Shown here piece by piece: positions 38,126 through 49,820 of a stretch of DNA of 64,000 nt. Numbering within the stretch: position 1 is the first letter of the stretch; every line of letters starts with the position of its first letter. The position numbers and the translations under genes are program-made. Source of the DNA: Vicugna vicugna (taxonomy: Eukaryota); assembly GCA_013265495.1 (NCBI GenBank), contig MU058482.1:592962-656961 (forward strand), given 5' to 3'. The notes beneath the pieces were generated by a model, which was not told the DNA's origin, made no database searches, and saw nothing but the letters and a program-made list of their open reading frames with translations.

Positions 38126-38651
38126 TCTCCTGTTTTCTTCTTAACTGTGTTTAAAACAGGCATATGTATTTAAGGAAGCGGAAATATTTTCTAAGATGCG
38201 AGGCATGTGGATTTGTCAGTTCCCTTCGGGGCTCACCCATTGTAGAAAGAGTCTGGCAGAGACACCTGCCTCACTCACAGGCTGATAGAGGTAAACACTT
38301 TAGAGATGTCAGTTTTTAGGTTAACTGCTCAAGTAAGAGGCAAGAACAGCTTTGGAGTTTGAAAATACCTTTGTATGACAGGCTCATAAAGGGTGAGGGG
38401 GTGGTAGGCACCTCATTTATTGGCAAATCCTTCTCTCCTCACATCTTATCCAGAGAAAAGAAGGGATGTGAGTTGGAAGGAGGATGGAAGAACAGCAGTT
38501 GCCATGACTACAAGAAGAATAAGTGTAGGTAGAGGGCAGAGGGGACATTAAGTGTTTGGACCAAGAGTTCTTAGAATTAAGTATCTTGGGGGATGGGGAC
38601 CTTGGCCCACTCCCTGACCCCACTCTTCCTTGACCTGCTTTCACAGGGAAC

Positions 38652-39077
38652 ATGAATCTGACATGGACCCTTCTTCTCCTCCTCCTCCTGGAGCAAACTG
38701 TCTTCACTCCAGGCCTGCCATTCTCAAGACGACGTATAGACAGCTCCACATCATGGGTCCCTGGGGGACACCACCGATACTGTGACGTGATGATGAGGCG
38801 ACGGTGGCTGATCCACAGGGATAAATGCAAGCAGATCAACACCTTTATTCATGAGGACCTGGCCACCGTAGCAGCCTTCTGTAACACTCCAGCGGTGCCC
38901 TGCACCAGCAGCCGCTCCTTGCACAGCTGCCACAACAGTACTCATGACGTCAGTGTCACCGACTGCTTTGCCAGAGCAGGGACCCGGCCCCCCTACTGCC
39001 ACTACCACAAGAAGGACTCCACCAGGCCCATCCGTGTGGGCTGTGAGGAGGGGGAACCTGTTCATCTGGACGGCTAG
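38652..39077 (+). CDS. Non-canonical secreted RNase A superfamily protein, 141 aa (possibly an RNase14/15-type lineage); His12-equivalent is Arg
   Basis: Acceptor CTTTCACAG|GGAACATG; Leu-rich signal peptide; 8 Cys in RNase A spacing; CKQINTF signature with Lys41; PVHLD with His119; FSRRRID where FxxxH[IMV]D is expected; AATAAA at 39314-39319. Confidence 0.9.
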   Translation: MNLTWTLLLLLLLEQTVFTPGLPFSRRRIDSSTSWVPGGHHRYCDVMMRRRWLIHRDKCKQINTFIHEDLATVAAFCNTPAVPCTSSRSLHSCHNSTHDVSVTDCFARAGTRPPYCHYHKKDSTRPIRVGCEEGEPVHLDG

Positions 39078-39651
39078 GCTCCTCCGAGCCCTGACATGTA
39101 ATGCCAAGGAATTGCACCCTACATCTTAAAGTCTTTGAGACTTTGCCAAAGTCTTCCCTGTAAGTGCTTCTTCTCTGGTGTATGGCTCGCTTACTGTTTT
39201 CAGTCATCTCTCTTACAGCCTCTCCCCTAACGCTAACTCCACAGCCCACCCCGCACTTCTGACACGGTGTCGGTTTTTTGGATGCAAGACAAGATGGGGA
39301 TGGGATGTCAGAGAATAAAGCCCTCTCAAGGGGCTTCTATTCTGGAAAAGCCTTGCTCCCATCTAGCAACTACACAAGCCGGTGATTTACCCACGAGCTT
39401 CTCCAATAAGAACTCTCGCCTGGTTCGCAGGGTCCTCCTGCTGGACTTTCAGCTCCTTTCTCCCCAATGGGCTCCTGCGGAGGGGATTTGGGACGACACC
39501 CCAAATCCCCAGAGGGATGTCCTTAATTTCCTTAATAGAAACAAGGCCCTAAGGCGCAGAGCACGGCACCGGAAGGAGCAGCTACCCGGAGGAGAGGTGG
39601 CAGAGCGGGTGACTCTACACCTCGTGGTCCCCTACGCGTCTCCCGCACCGG

Positions 39652-39665
39652 CCCGCAGGGGGCGC
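39652..39665 (+). promoter_or_regulatory. CTCF-like motif in a CpG-rich patch
   Basis: CCCGCAGGGGGCGC vs consensus CCASYAGRKGGCRS (one mismatch). Confidence 0.55.
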
Positions 39666-42600
39666 TGCGCCATCTGAATCCCCTCGGCCAAGCGGAGAGC
39701 AGAACGTCTTCCTGGGTTCCCCTTAAGACAGCGGGAAATGGGTTGGAAGTTTCTTAATTATCGTCACGAGGCTGGAAGATAATAGATGAATAAACAGAAA
39801 ATTCAGCCAGCATAAATACAGCCAACTTTCAAAGACCAAATTTCTGAGTTTACCAAAACATTCATGCTTTCGTGCTCTTTAGTATTAACAAGCCACCTTC
39901 AGATTCACACTCTAGCATCGCAGGTATGAATGAAAGGGAGTGAGATATGTGCAGAGCACTTTCTTGTGTTATAAGCTTTGCAGTTTGGTTGCACTGGAAA
40001 TGAGCCTATTTCTTTCTTGGAATCCACTCCCTTCTGAAGAAAGTTTGTCTACCCACAAGAGGGAGCAGCCATAGGTGACCGAATTCTCTACTCGGAGACT
40101 CCATCAAAATGATGGCAGGACTTTGAATCAAAAGAGGGCACCTGACTCTTAGGGCAGCTATCCATTGACTGACTGGCCAAGTGCCCATGGAGTAAACCGG
40201 TGTGGGGATTTTACCCTCCTGCAACAATGGTGACAAAACTGGGACTCTTAACTTTCATCTTTTCCCCTGATGCCAGGAGCTGTAGTCGTGTTGTCTTTAT
40301 TTGTGACCTTCAGCACTTAGCCTAATGCTTGCTATAAAAGTGCTTCCAATAAATCTTTCAAGGGCCGTTGTGGTAGACCCGCTGGTGCTATGGAGTTTTG
40401 GTAGATTCCTATTTAAAGGATAAAAAAGCTTCCTTCCCTTCTACTCTTGGTTTCCACTCTTGAGTGGATTGTGAATCTTACTGATTTTTTTTTCTGCATC
40501 TAATGATATAATTATATAGTATTTCTCTCCTAATTCATAAATGGGGTGACTTGTAGTAACTGATTTTAGATATTAAACCAACTTTGGTATAAACTCATTT
40601 TGGTTACGCTAAATTATCTTTTTTTTATATAACTGAATTCAGTTTGCTAATATTTAAGGATTTTTTTTTTGCATTTATGTTTATGAATGAAATTGGTCTG
40701 AAATTTCTTTTTTTGCTATTACCATGTTTGATTTTGGTATCCAGATTATATATTAGCCTTCAGAAATGAGTTAAGGAATAGTCCTTCTCTATTTTCTGTA
40801 ATTGGAATTATATGTTATTTTATTATTTACTGAACTCATCTGTAAGGCTATCTGGCCCTGACATTTTCTTTGAGACTATTTTTAACTTCTGTTTCAATTT
40901 TTTTAACGATTACAGTTATGCTGAGTTTTCTAGTTCTTTTTTAATTGAAGTATACTTGATTTACAATATTATATTAGTTTTAGGTGTGCAGTATAGTGAT
41001 TCAGTATTTTGCAGATCACACTCCATTGTAGGTTACTACAAGATAATGGCTGCAATTCGCTGTGCTGTACAGTATATCCCTGTTGCTTGTCTATTTTATA
41101 CACAGTAGTTGGAATCTGTTTATTCCATACCCCTAATTTGTACTTACCTCTTTCCTTTTCACCTCGGTAGTAACCACAAGTTATTTTTCTATATCTGTGA
41201 GTCTGTTTCTGTTTTGCATATACATTTGTCTGTATTATGTTTTAGATTCCATACATAAGTGATATTCTTAGATCTTCTTGAGATAACTTTGACAGGTTGT
41301 TTTTTTTCCCATAGGAATTTATCCATTTCATCTGAAGTGTTTCAATATATTGGCACAAAATTAATCACATTCTTTTAAAATATTTGCAGCATCTGTTTTT
41401 ACATCTTATTTCTATTCTGACATTTTATTTGTATCATTTAAAATTGATAAAACTTATGAGAAATGCCTATTTTATTAGATTTATTAAATGGACTATTTCA
41501 GACATACAAGAGCTAAAGGAATTAGCTTTTAATTTTTTATAGTAATCGTTATAATCTTCATATATGAAAAGCTTCATAATCTTTAATGAAGAAGGAAGTC
41601 CTTCAGGCAGAGGAAAAAGGACACCAGGTGGAAACAGGAACCTACACAAAAATGAAGACATTGGAAGTTGTAATTACATGACAGTATGCGTAACTCCTGG
41701 GAATAGTGCGTGGAAAAAGCTTTGGAAATTTTGAGTTATAACTCTAAAATGCCGCATTTTGTTCTCCACGAAGGAATATGTTTATTTTCTAAAGCAGAAG
41801 CCCCAATAACATAATTTATTTACCCTTCTTATAAATGTCAAATTGTAAAACTGCCTCCAAATTAAAAATAAAATTCTTGTTTAAAATTTCTCTCCTCGGA
41901 TATCTGAAATTTTTTTTCCATATAAGTCACATTTCTTTATTTCTAGCTGCCCAAATGATTTTTTTCTTATTCATTAATTTCATCATTTCACTAAACTACA
42001 TCTTGGTATTGGTTGTTTTACATCGATATTCCCAGGTATGTGGTATTCACTTTCAATTTGCACTTGCAAATCTCTTTTTAAAACTTCAGTTGCTTTATTG
42101 AATTATAGCTTTTAGTATTTGTTTCCATCTTTGGGGGTGTTTTACCTTCAGGAATTCCCATCATCCATATATTAAATATTCTTTGCTATCTTCAATACTT
42201 CTTTCTTTCATTGCTCAATCTTTGCTCAAGATTTTGATAAAGACTGTATTGAATATATATATCACTTTGGATAGTATAGACAGTTTAACAGTATTAATTC
42301 TTCCAATTCATGAACACAGGATGATGTCTTCCATTTAGTTGTATCTGCTTTAATTTTTAAATCAGTATGTTATGGTTTTCAGTGTACAAGTCTTTCACCT
42401 CCTTAGTTAGGTTTATTCCTAAGTATTTCATTCTTTTTAGTGCTACCATAAATGGGACTGTTTTCTTAATTTCCTTTTCTGATAGTTTGTTGTTAGTGTA
42501 TAGAAATGCAACTGAGTTTCATACATTGATTTTGCATTTTGCAACTTCACTGAATTTATTAGTGGTAGCAGTTTTTTCTTTTTGTGGAGTGTTTAGGGTT

Positions 42601-42713
42601 TTCTACATATAAGGTCATGTCATCTGCAAACAGATAATTTTACTCCTTTCTTTCTATATATCTGATAAGAGGTTAATTTCCAAAATATATAAGGAACTCT
42701 GACAACTCAATGG

Positions 42714-42714
42714 C

Positions 42715-42760
<46 letters not shown>
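42714..42760. repeat. (AAT)n microsatellite
   Basis: About 15 AAT units. Confidence 0.95.
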
Positions 42761-42929
42761 GTAAATCTAATTTTTAAATGGGCAAAAGACTTGAATAGAC
42801 ATTACTCCAAAGAAGACATACAAGTGGCCAACAGGTACTGAGATATTACTTCACACCTGTTAGAATGGCTGTTATCAAAAAGCTAAGAGATAGCAAGTGC
42901 TGAAGAAGTTGTGGAGAAATTCGAACCCC

Positions 42930-43117
42930 AACAAGTTCCTGCTGTATAGCACAGGGGGCTATATCCGGTATCTTGTAGTAACTTACGGTGAAGAAGAATA
43001 TGAAAATGAATATATGTATGCTTACGTATGACTGAAGCATTGTGCTGTACACCAGAAATTGATACAACATTGTAAACTGATAATACTTCAAAAATATATA
43101 TATATATATAAAAAAAA
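42930..43117 (+). mobile_element. Younger L1 3'-end fragment inserted into an older L1, with TSD
   Basis: AGAAATT(C/G)GAACCCC at 42915-42929 and 43118-43132; (TA)n/A tail. Confidence 0.8.
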
Positions 43118-45379
43118 AGAAATTGGAACCCCTGTACTCTGTAGTGGGAACATAAAATGGTGCAGCCACTGTGGAAAACAGTATGGAAGTTCCACAAAAA
43201 ATTTAAAATATGATTCAGCAATCCCCCTCTGAATATATATCCAAAAGAGTTGAAGTCAACATATCCAAGAGATATTTGCCTGCCCATGTTCACTGCAGCA
43301 TTATTCACAATGGCCAAGATATGGAAACAAGCAGAATGTTCATATACACACAATAGAGTATTATTCAGCCTTAAAAAGGAAATCCTACTATTTGGACCTG
43401 GTGGTGCGTGGAGGCAGATGACTGGCCACATCTCCTGAGTCGAGTCCACAGGACTTGGAGGCTCCCTAGGACTGGGTGTCTCTTTGAACCCCCATCACCA
43501 GGAGTAGAGACCATGCTCAGAAATGTTTGATTGATGAAGGGAGGGATGTGTTGTACATCTGACCCAGCACAGTGAGTTTGCTCAAAGTCATTAAATATGT
43601 AAGTCAGAATATTCTATCGATTATATGTTATCTTTCTGTTCTGTATCTCAGTGATCACCTGCCTATGTTCCCTGCTTTGAACTCTGTTGTCCTCTAGGAC
43701 TGGAGCCATGTCTGCAAGCCCAGACATTCAAATGTCTCACCCGTGCTCTCCCCATCAGAGCTGGCTCCTGTTTCCCAGACCCTCCAGCTGCCGACTGGAG
43801 CCTTCTCGCCACAGTTTACTGCAAACATTACCGTGGCGCCCACCTGACTTTGAGTGTCAGCCAGTGCTTGGAACCCCCAGGAGTTCCTGCCTTCCCATTG
43901 GGTTGGTTCTTCTAGAATTCTGACATCAGTCTGAATCAACCAGACATTTTACTCTGGATTCCTGGCCCCTTTCCTTGGGAACCAGCCCTTTGGCCAGCTT
44001 GGTATATCCTGACAAAACCCGGCTGCTTCTTTTACTCAGTGGACTATCTCAGGGGTTTCCATGTGACCAATAGTCAAATAGAGACATGACAGAGGGACAG
44101 CTGGCAGATGCATCTGTGAATATCTTAGGTATCCAAACGAATCCCCTGGGAACTGGTGTTGTGACACAACGTTTGATTCCAAGCCACAGTAATGCGCAGC
44201 TACTATGATTAAGAGAGCTTTACAGAGAGGGCTGTCTTAAAAAGTCAGTAGACCCATCCAGGGGAGTTATGATGGAACCATCACATCCATTTGGTTTGCA
44301 TTTCTTTTCTTCTTCTGGATAGTGCATCTCAAAGGTCTTTAATTCCCCATTATCTTAGATGATCAATATTGCAAGAACAAAGCTTCCACAAGGTGCTTGA
44401 AGGGGAGAGAAAGGGATTGAGCAATTTAACTGATTCGCATTAGTTAATGGTTACAGAATAATTAATTATTTTTAAAAAGAATTATTAAAACCATTGCTAA
44501 GGCCATTCGGAGGAGGTAAAATTTAATAAAACTATTTCTCCCTTTGACCTTTATTTCTTTTCCTTTTCATTCTCCTGTCAGTGACGTGTAAGGATCTCTA
44601 ATCACCTTGTATCTTAGAAAACCAGTACTGCAGGAACACTAGTCTTACTGGTTGCTCTGTTGGGGAGAAAGTGTAGTTTCTATGGATTAAGAAAGGTTTA
44701 AGAAGTCTGTTTATCATAGTTGGTTCTAAAATATTTTCATGTTAGAACATGAAAAGCTCTCTTTTAATTCTATTTAACTTTACTTTGCTTTTTATCTCCA
44801 AATGTCTGGGCTCTGGAAACCCTTTTCCCCATGACTCCTGATAAACTTTGGAAAATGCTCTTGAAATATTTTTGATCTCCTTTGGGTGCTGGAAGTCTTT
44901 ACCTTCTCATGCTTGCTCTTAAGTGGCAGGGTAATCTGGATGTCACACTAGGCAGTGAACCTGAAAACAGGGAGGACACACGGTTCTAAACAGAACTGAT
45001 GGTGCCCATAGATCACAAGAGCCTTGCCAGATAGGAGCTTTCAAATGCTGACGGAAAAGTCATGCACAAGGACCCTCAAAAATAACATGAAGCAGCTGCT
45101 TGTGGCCCTTTCTCCAGGAGAAGCACGCTAGCTTACCCTCCACTCTTCTCTTGATGGAGGTCTTATGCTTCTTCTGAGATGCTGTTTGTCGGAATGATGG
45201 GAAGAGTCTGAACCGTGGAGGCTTGTGAATGAAATTGTAGAATGAAGCTAGCCCGTGTGAAATTTTGTGCAAACTTTCTTTTTTGATGTGCATCTGTTCC
45301 CTGATGCCAGTGAGCATTCCAAGTCCAGAAAGCTTCTTTTTCTTCTCTTTATCCTTAGTTTTTTAAATTCTTTTTTTTT

Positions 45380-45494
45380 GGGGGGGGACAGTAATTAGGT
45401 TTACTTATTTATTTGATGGAGGTACTGAGGATTGAGCCCAGGACCTCATGTGTGCTAGGCAGGCACTCTCCCACTGAGCTCTCCCCTCCCCTCC
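45380..45494 (-). mobile_element. tRNA-derived SINE (Vic-1-like)
   Basis: GTAATTAGGTTTACTTATTT...GGAGGTACTGAGGATTGAGCCCAGGACCTCATGTGTGCTAGGCAGGCACTCTCCCACTGAGCT. Confidence 0.85.
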
Positions 45495-45624
45495 CAGAAA
45501 GCCTCTCCTCAAGCTTCCATAGCTGTATGGGCCTCTGTCTATAGATAGGAGCCATCCAGGGAAGGATGGTCAAAGGGAGGACTTTCTCTGAATAGGGGTG
45601 CTTGATGCAGAAATATAAAAAAAA

Positions 45625-45626
<2 letters not shown>

Positions 45627-45655
<29 letters not shown>
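45627..45655. repeat. (AC)n microsatellite
   Basis: About 14 AC units. Confidence 0.9.
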
Positions 45656-45660
<5 letters not shown>

Positions 45661-46958
45661 GTATATGATTTTCAGTAACTTAGAACTCAACAATTTAAAA
45701 TATAATTCCAACCTGGTAATGTTTTATTATTAGAAGTACAAAAGAATCATTTCCCTAAAAAAAAAATTCTTCCAGGTTGAAGCTTCAGACCTGTGAACTC
45801 TGCCCCAGGGTTTTCATTTACCTCTATCTCATTTTCTCTCTCCCACATTAACCCCCACAGACCTCAGGCTGGGTAGAAAATCCATTCGGCATTTTGGAAA
45901 CTATCTTTACTAGCAAAGGAAAAACAAAGACCTGAGTTAAGTGTGGCAAACGCACAGGTAGTAACACGCCACGCAGCACAGCCTGCCTGCCTGCGGTCCC
46001 TGCCGCTGAGCCACCTGGCGGAAGAAGCAACTTCTCAGGCACTGAAGCCGGGGGTCCTATCTTTTCCTTTCTGGGAACCCCCAACAGATATCCTCTCCCA
46101 TTCTTCTCTTTAGCATTTCCCTTCCAAGGAAAGTTCTAGAATAAAATGCTTGCCGCAGATCGAGTCTTAGATAAAGGGTGAGTATATAATCTTCACTTCT
46201 CCGATCAGAGTTCTGGTGTCTTCCTTTCCTTCTGAATAAGTAAAAGATAAGGCTCTTTTCCCCCTAGAAAATGCATGTTGACCTAACCTCTTTTAGGGTG
46301 AGGAATGAATCAGCACATTCAAGTGTGTGTGTGGTGGGGTGGAGGCGGCAGGGATGACCATAGGGCTATAAAGAGAACTCAGAAAGACTTCAAAGGCCAC
46401 CATGCTTAGGAAGGTCTACTAATAATTGAAAAAAACTCTGTTAGTCCCACCTATTACTGAATGGTTTGAATCACTACAGTTGTGGGACACACGCACGCTA
46501 TTATGTTTATGTGAATTAGATATGATCCCTGCCTTTCAAGTACCTGTCTTTAGTTTAGCAAGAGAATACTGTAAATAGTTGTTCTTGTCCTATACAATCA
46601 GAAGCCTTGATTAAGTTTTAATCAAGGATTACATTGATTCTATAAGACTGATAAATTTAACTGCAAAATAACTTGCCAGAGAGTTAATGGAGGGTAATTT
46701 TCACTATTCATTCATTCATTCATCAGCTATTATTTAAATGCCTGCTATTTGCCAGGAACTGTGGGAAATGTGTTAAGCACTGGGACTCAGTTCTGAAAAA
46801 GACAGTGCAGGGTCCTACTCTTTTGAAACATACATTCTAGTGGAGGCAGGAAAGCGTTACATAAGTAAGAAGTAAATAATTACAGATTATAATAATAACT
46901 ATACAGGAAAAAGTAAGGGCAATATGATAGAGGGACTGGTGGATGAAAAGAATAGAAT

Positions 46959-47309
46959 TGCTATAGACCTAATATTTCCACTCCCCCAATTCCTATGTTG
47001 AAATCCTACCCCCAGATGTGATGGCATTAGGAGGTGGGAGGTCTTTGGGGGTGATTAGATCATAAGGGTGGATCCCTCGTGAATGAGATTAGTACTCACA
47101 TAAAAGAGATCCCAGAGAGCTCCCTGGCCCCTTCTACCACGTGAGGATATGACAAAAAGACAGCCATCTCTGAACCAGGAAGCAGGCTCTCTCCAGACAC
47201 CGAATCTGCTGGTGCCTTGATCTTGGACTTCCCAGCCTCCAGAACTGTGAGAAATCAATTTCTGTTGTTTTTAAGCCACCCAGGCTGTGGGACTGAAGGG
47301 ACTTAGACA
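46959..47309 (+). mobile_element. MaLR LTR (MLT1A-like)
   Basis: TGCTATAG...ATGTTGAAATCCTACCCCCAGATGTGATGGCATTAGGAGGTGGG...TTGATCTTGGACTTCCCAGCCTCCAGAACTGTGAGAAAT...CA. Confidence 0.85.
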
Positions 47310-49564
47310 AGGACTATAGACAGGGTGGTCAGGAAAGAACCTCTGATGAGGAGAAATTGAAACTGAAACCTGGTATCATATAAAAGAACACTTCAGGCAG
47401 AAAGAATAGAAAGTGCAAACGTCCTGAGGCTGGCAAAGGCTTGACATCTTTTAGGTGCCTTATAGAGGTGGTGTGGCTGAGGTGAAGTGAGTGGGTGTGA
47501 GGTGATGATGAAGAGATGGAAAGGGAATATGTGGAAAAGCCAGCAGTGGAGTCTCCCAGGATTTCCCGTCATAGAGTTAGCATAGCCTCAGGAAAATGAT
47601 CAAGGGAAACTCCCAATTTCCTAAAGAAAGAGAGCGCACTGACTGCAGACTATCATTTGAATGAAATGAGCTCACCATGAGGAATTATGCAAGCTCCAAC
47701 TAAGCAACAGAAGCAGCAGCAAAATCTCAGGTGAACAGCTGTCTCTCTTCACTGAGAAGAGTGTCTCTGAGGTTCTGAGCTCCTCCTGCAGAGGAAGGGG
47801 TGATGTAATGAGCCTCATGACTAGACAGAGTCTGGGCGATGCTCTCCCTGGAGACGCCACCCAAAGCCTTCTGATGTCAGCAGCCGTAATTTGGAGTATT
47901 TATTGAAAGAACAGCATCAGCCATAACAACAAATTGTGTTAAGCAATGACAAATTCTGTACAGATGTCAATTTATCGTAAGTGCTAAGAATAGAGAGAGA
48001 TTAATGGCATTCAAAGTGCAAACATGGAGATTTAGGGCCATTATTATAGAGCTGCAGAGAAGGGCTGTGAGATGCTCTACTGGATTGCTTAAGGATAATG
48101 TTGAATCTCGCTTCATTGGTTCCTTATGTAGTTTTCCTTTTGCCAGAAAAGAGGAAGAGCTGGACTAATCCCCAAATTAATCAATCATCCTGCACATTAG
48201 TGGTAATGAAAGATCACTGATAGAATAAAGAACTTCTGTTTGATTTCCCCCTTCTTTCTTAGGGACCTAATTTCCTCCTTTATTGGCACCATTTATCATG
48301 GTTGAATCAGTCTGTCCATACAGAGAGCACCCAGTGCCTCCTCTCTGGGTACATGGCCACTATGCACAGCCTGTCCAAGTGCCTTGCTCTCATGATGGGT
48401 TCACGGAACCCTGTCAGTCTCACAGGCTTCTATGTGTTCCTGATTAACATCAGGGCTTCCTTCTCATTTTTCTGCCTGAGGCAAACCCCGAAGCTGCCCC
48501 TGCCTCCCGTAGCTCCTCCTGTCTCCAGCAATGGCTTCAGTCCCCTGAGGTCACCCACCTGCGCCTCTCTTTCATGTGCGTTCCAGCCATGGGGATGGTG
48601 TCCCATGAGGCTTGCGCCACTCATGCAAAAGGCTGGAGGCACAGGCTGGGAGGTTATGCAGAAGCATTTCCCATGTCATCTATGCTCTCTCATCTGTGTG
48701 CCATATTACCACCTATTCATCTATGAACACCTACACACATTTCAGATCTCAATTTAAGTGTCAGCTACTCCGTGGAGCCTTCCTTGGAACAATTCTTATC
48801 CCTTTCTTTATGTTGTTTGCACATTTGAAACTTCTAGTTTATACTTTGGCTCCGCATATAGAACCGTAAGTCCCTTGAGGACAGGGATCGTGTCTCATCT
48901 ATCTGGGTGTTAATAATGACTACTGCATAGTAGATGCTTGATAGCTCATTATCAAATAAGTTCATTACAGTGAACATCTCTCATTAAGAGAGGCCAGTGA
49001 GGTAAAAGGAAGCGTAACACAGCATCCCTGTATTAGTTTGCTTTCCATTTAGCTGGAAACTAAATCTATATAGGAAGACAACTGAAAATTCAAGGCCACA
49101 AAAACATAATGTAAGTGGTGCAGAAACAGGTTCTGTGAGTCGGAGGAAGATTAGATTACTTAGGGCTGAAACAGCCAGGCGAGTCTGTGGGTGGTCATGG
49201 GATAGTGAGTTGAAGTTTGAAGGTGAGTAGGCCTTGAGCGGATGGGCAAAAGCACCCTAGGCAGCAGGAATGACAAATGATTCAAAAGGAAATTTCAGAC
49301 AATGGTGAATAGACAACTCTAATTTCACCCTGATGCAATGCTTTTATCAAATCTGTTTTGTATGCAAATTTGTCAATTGGCCCAATAATATCCTCAATAG
49401 CATATTTCCCTCTAGTATCGGTTCCAGCCTGGTGGGAGGTGTCACATTTAGTTGCATGTCTCTTTCGCCACCTTTAAACTGTCACATTTCCATAGACTTT
49501 CTTTATCTTTTGGGGCTTTGAAATGTTTGAAGAAATCAGCATCTCCCTTTTTAACTTTTCCTTC

Positions 49565-49820
49565 TAAACAGACATCATTTTTTTGAGCAGTTTTAGAGTC
49601 ACAGCAAAATTGAGCAGAAAGTAGAGAGTTCCCATATACCCCTGTGCCCACCAACCCCCCTACCCATCACCCCCTACCCTCTGCCACATGCACAGCCTCC
49701 CCTACTGTCAACATTCCTCACCAGAGGGGGACATTTGTGATGCAACTACACAGACACATCATAATCTCTCTGAGTCCACAGCTTACAGTAGGGTTCACTC
49801 TTGGTGTTGTACGTATGTAC
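49565..49820 (-). mobile_element. Old L1 3'-end fragment
   Basis: GAGCAGTTTTAGAGTCACAGCAAAATTGAGCAGAAAGTAGAGAGTTCCCATATACCCC...GGGTTCACTCTTGGTGTTGTAC. Confidence 0.75.

Larger units (their letters stand above)
40480..43385. mobile_element. Cluster of nested L1 fragments in both orientations
   Basis: Antisense ORF2 pieces (about 40480-40920 and 42230-42650), antisense 3' end (about 40940-41265), sense ORF2 piece (about 42655-43385). Confidence 0.8.

Noticed and set aside
38652..39077. Assigning RNASE13, RNASE4, ANG or RNASE1 as symbol
   Set aside because: Does not match those proteins as I recall them (8 Cys unlike angiogenin; CKxxNTF and PVHLD unlike RNASE13); left unnamed pending phylogeny
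42846..43449. 107-aa and 188-aa ORFs
   Set aside because: Antisense translations of nested L1 fragments
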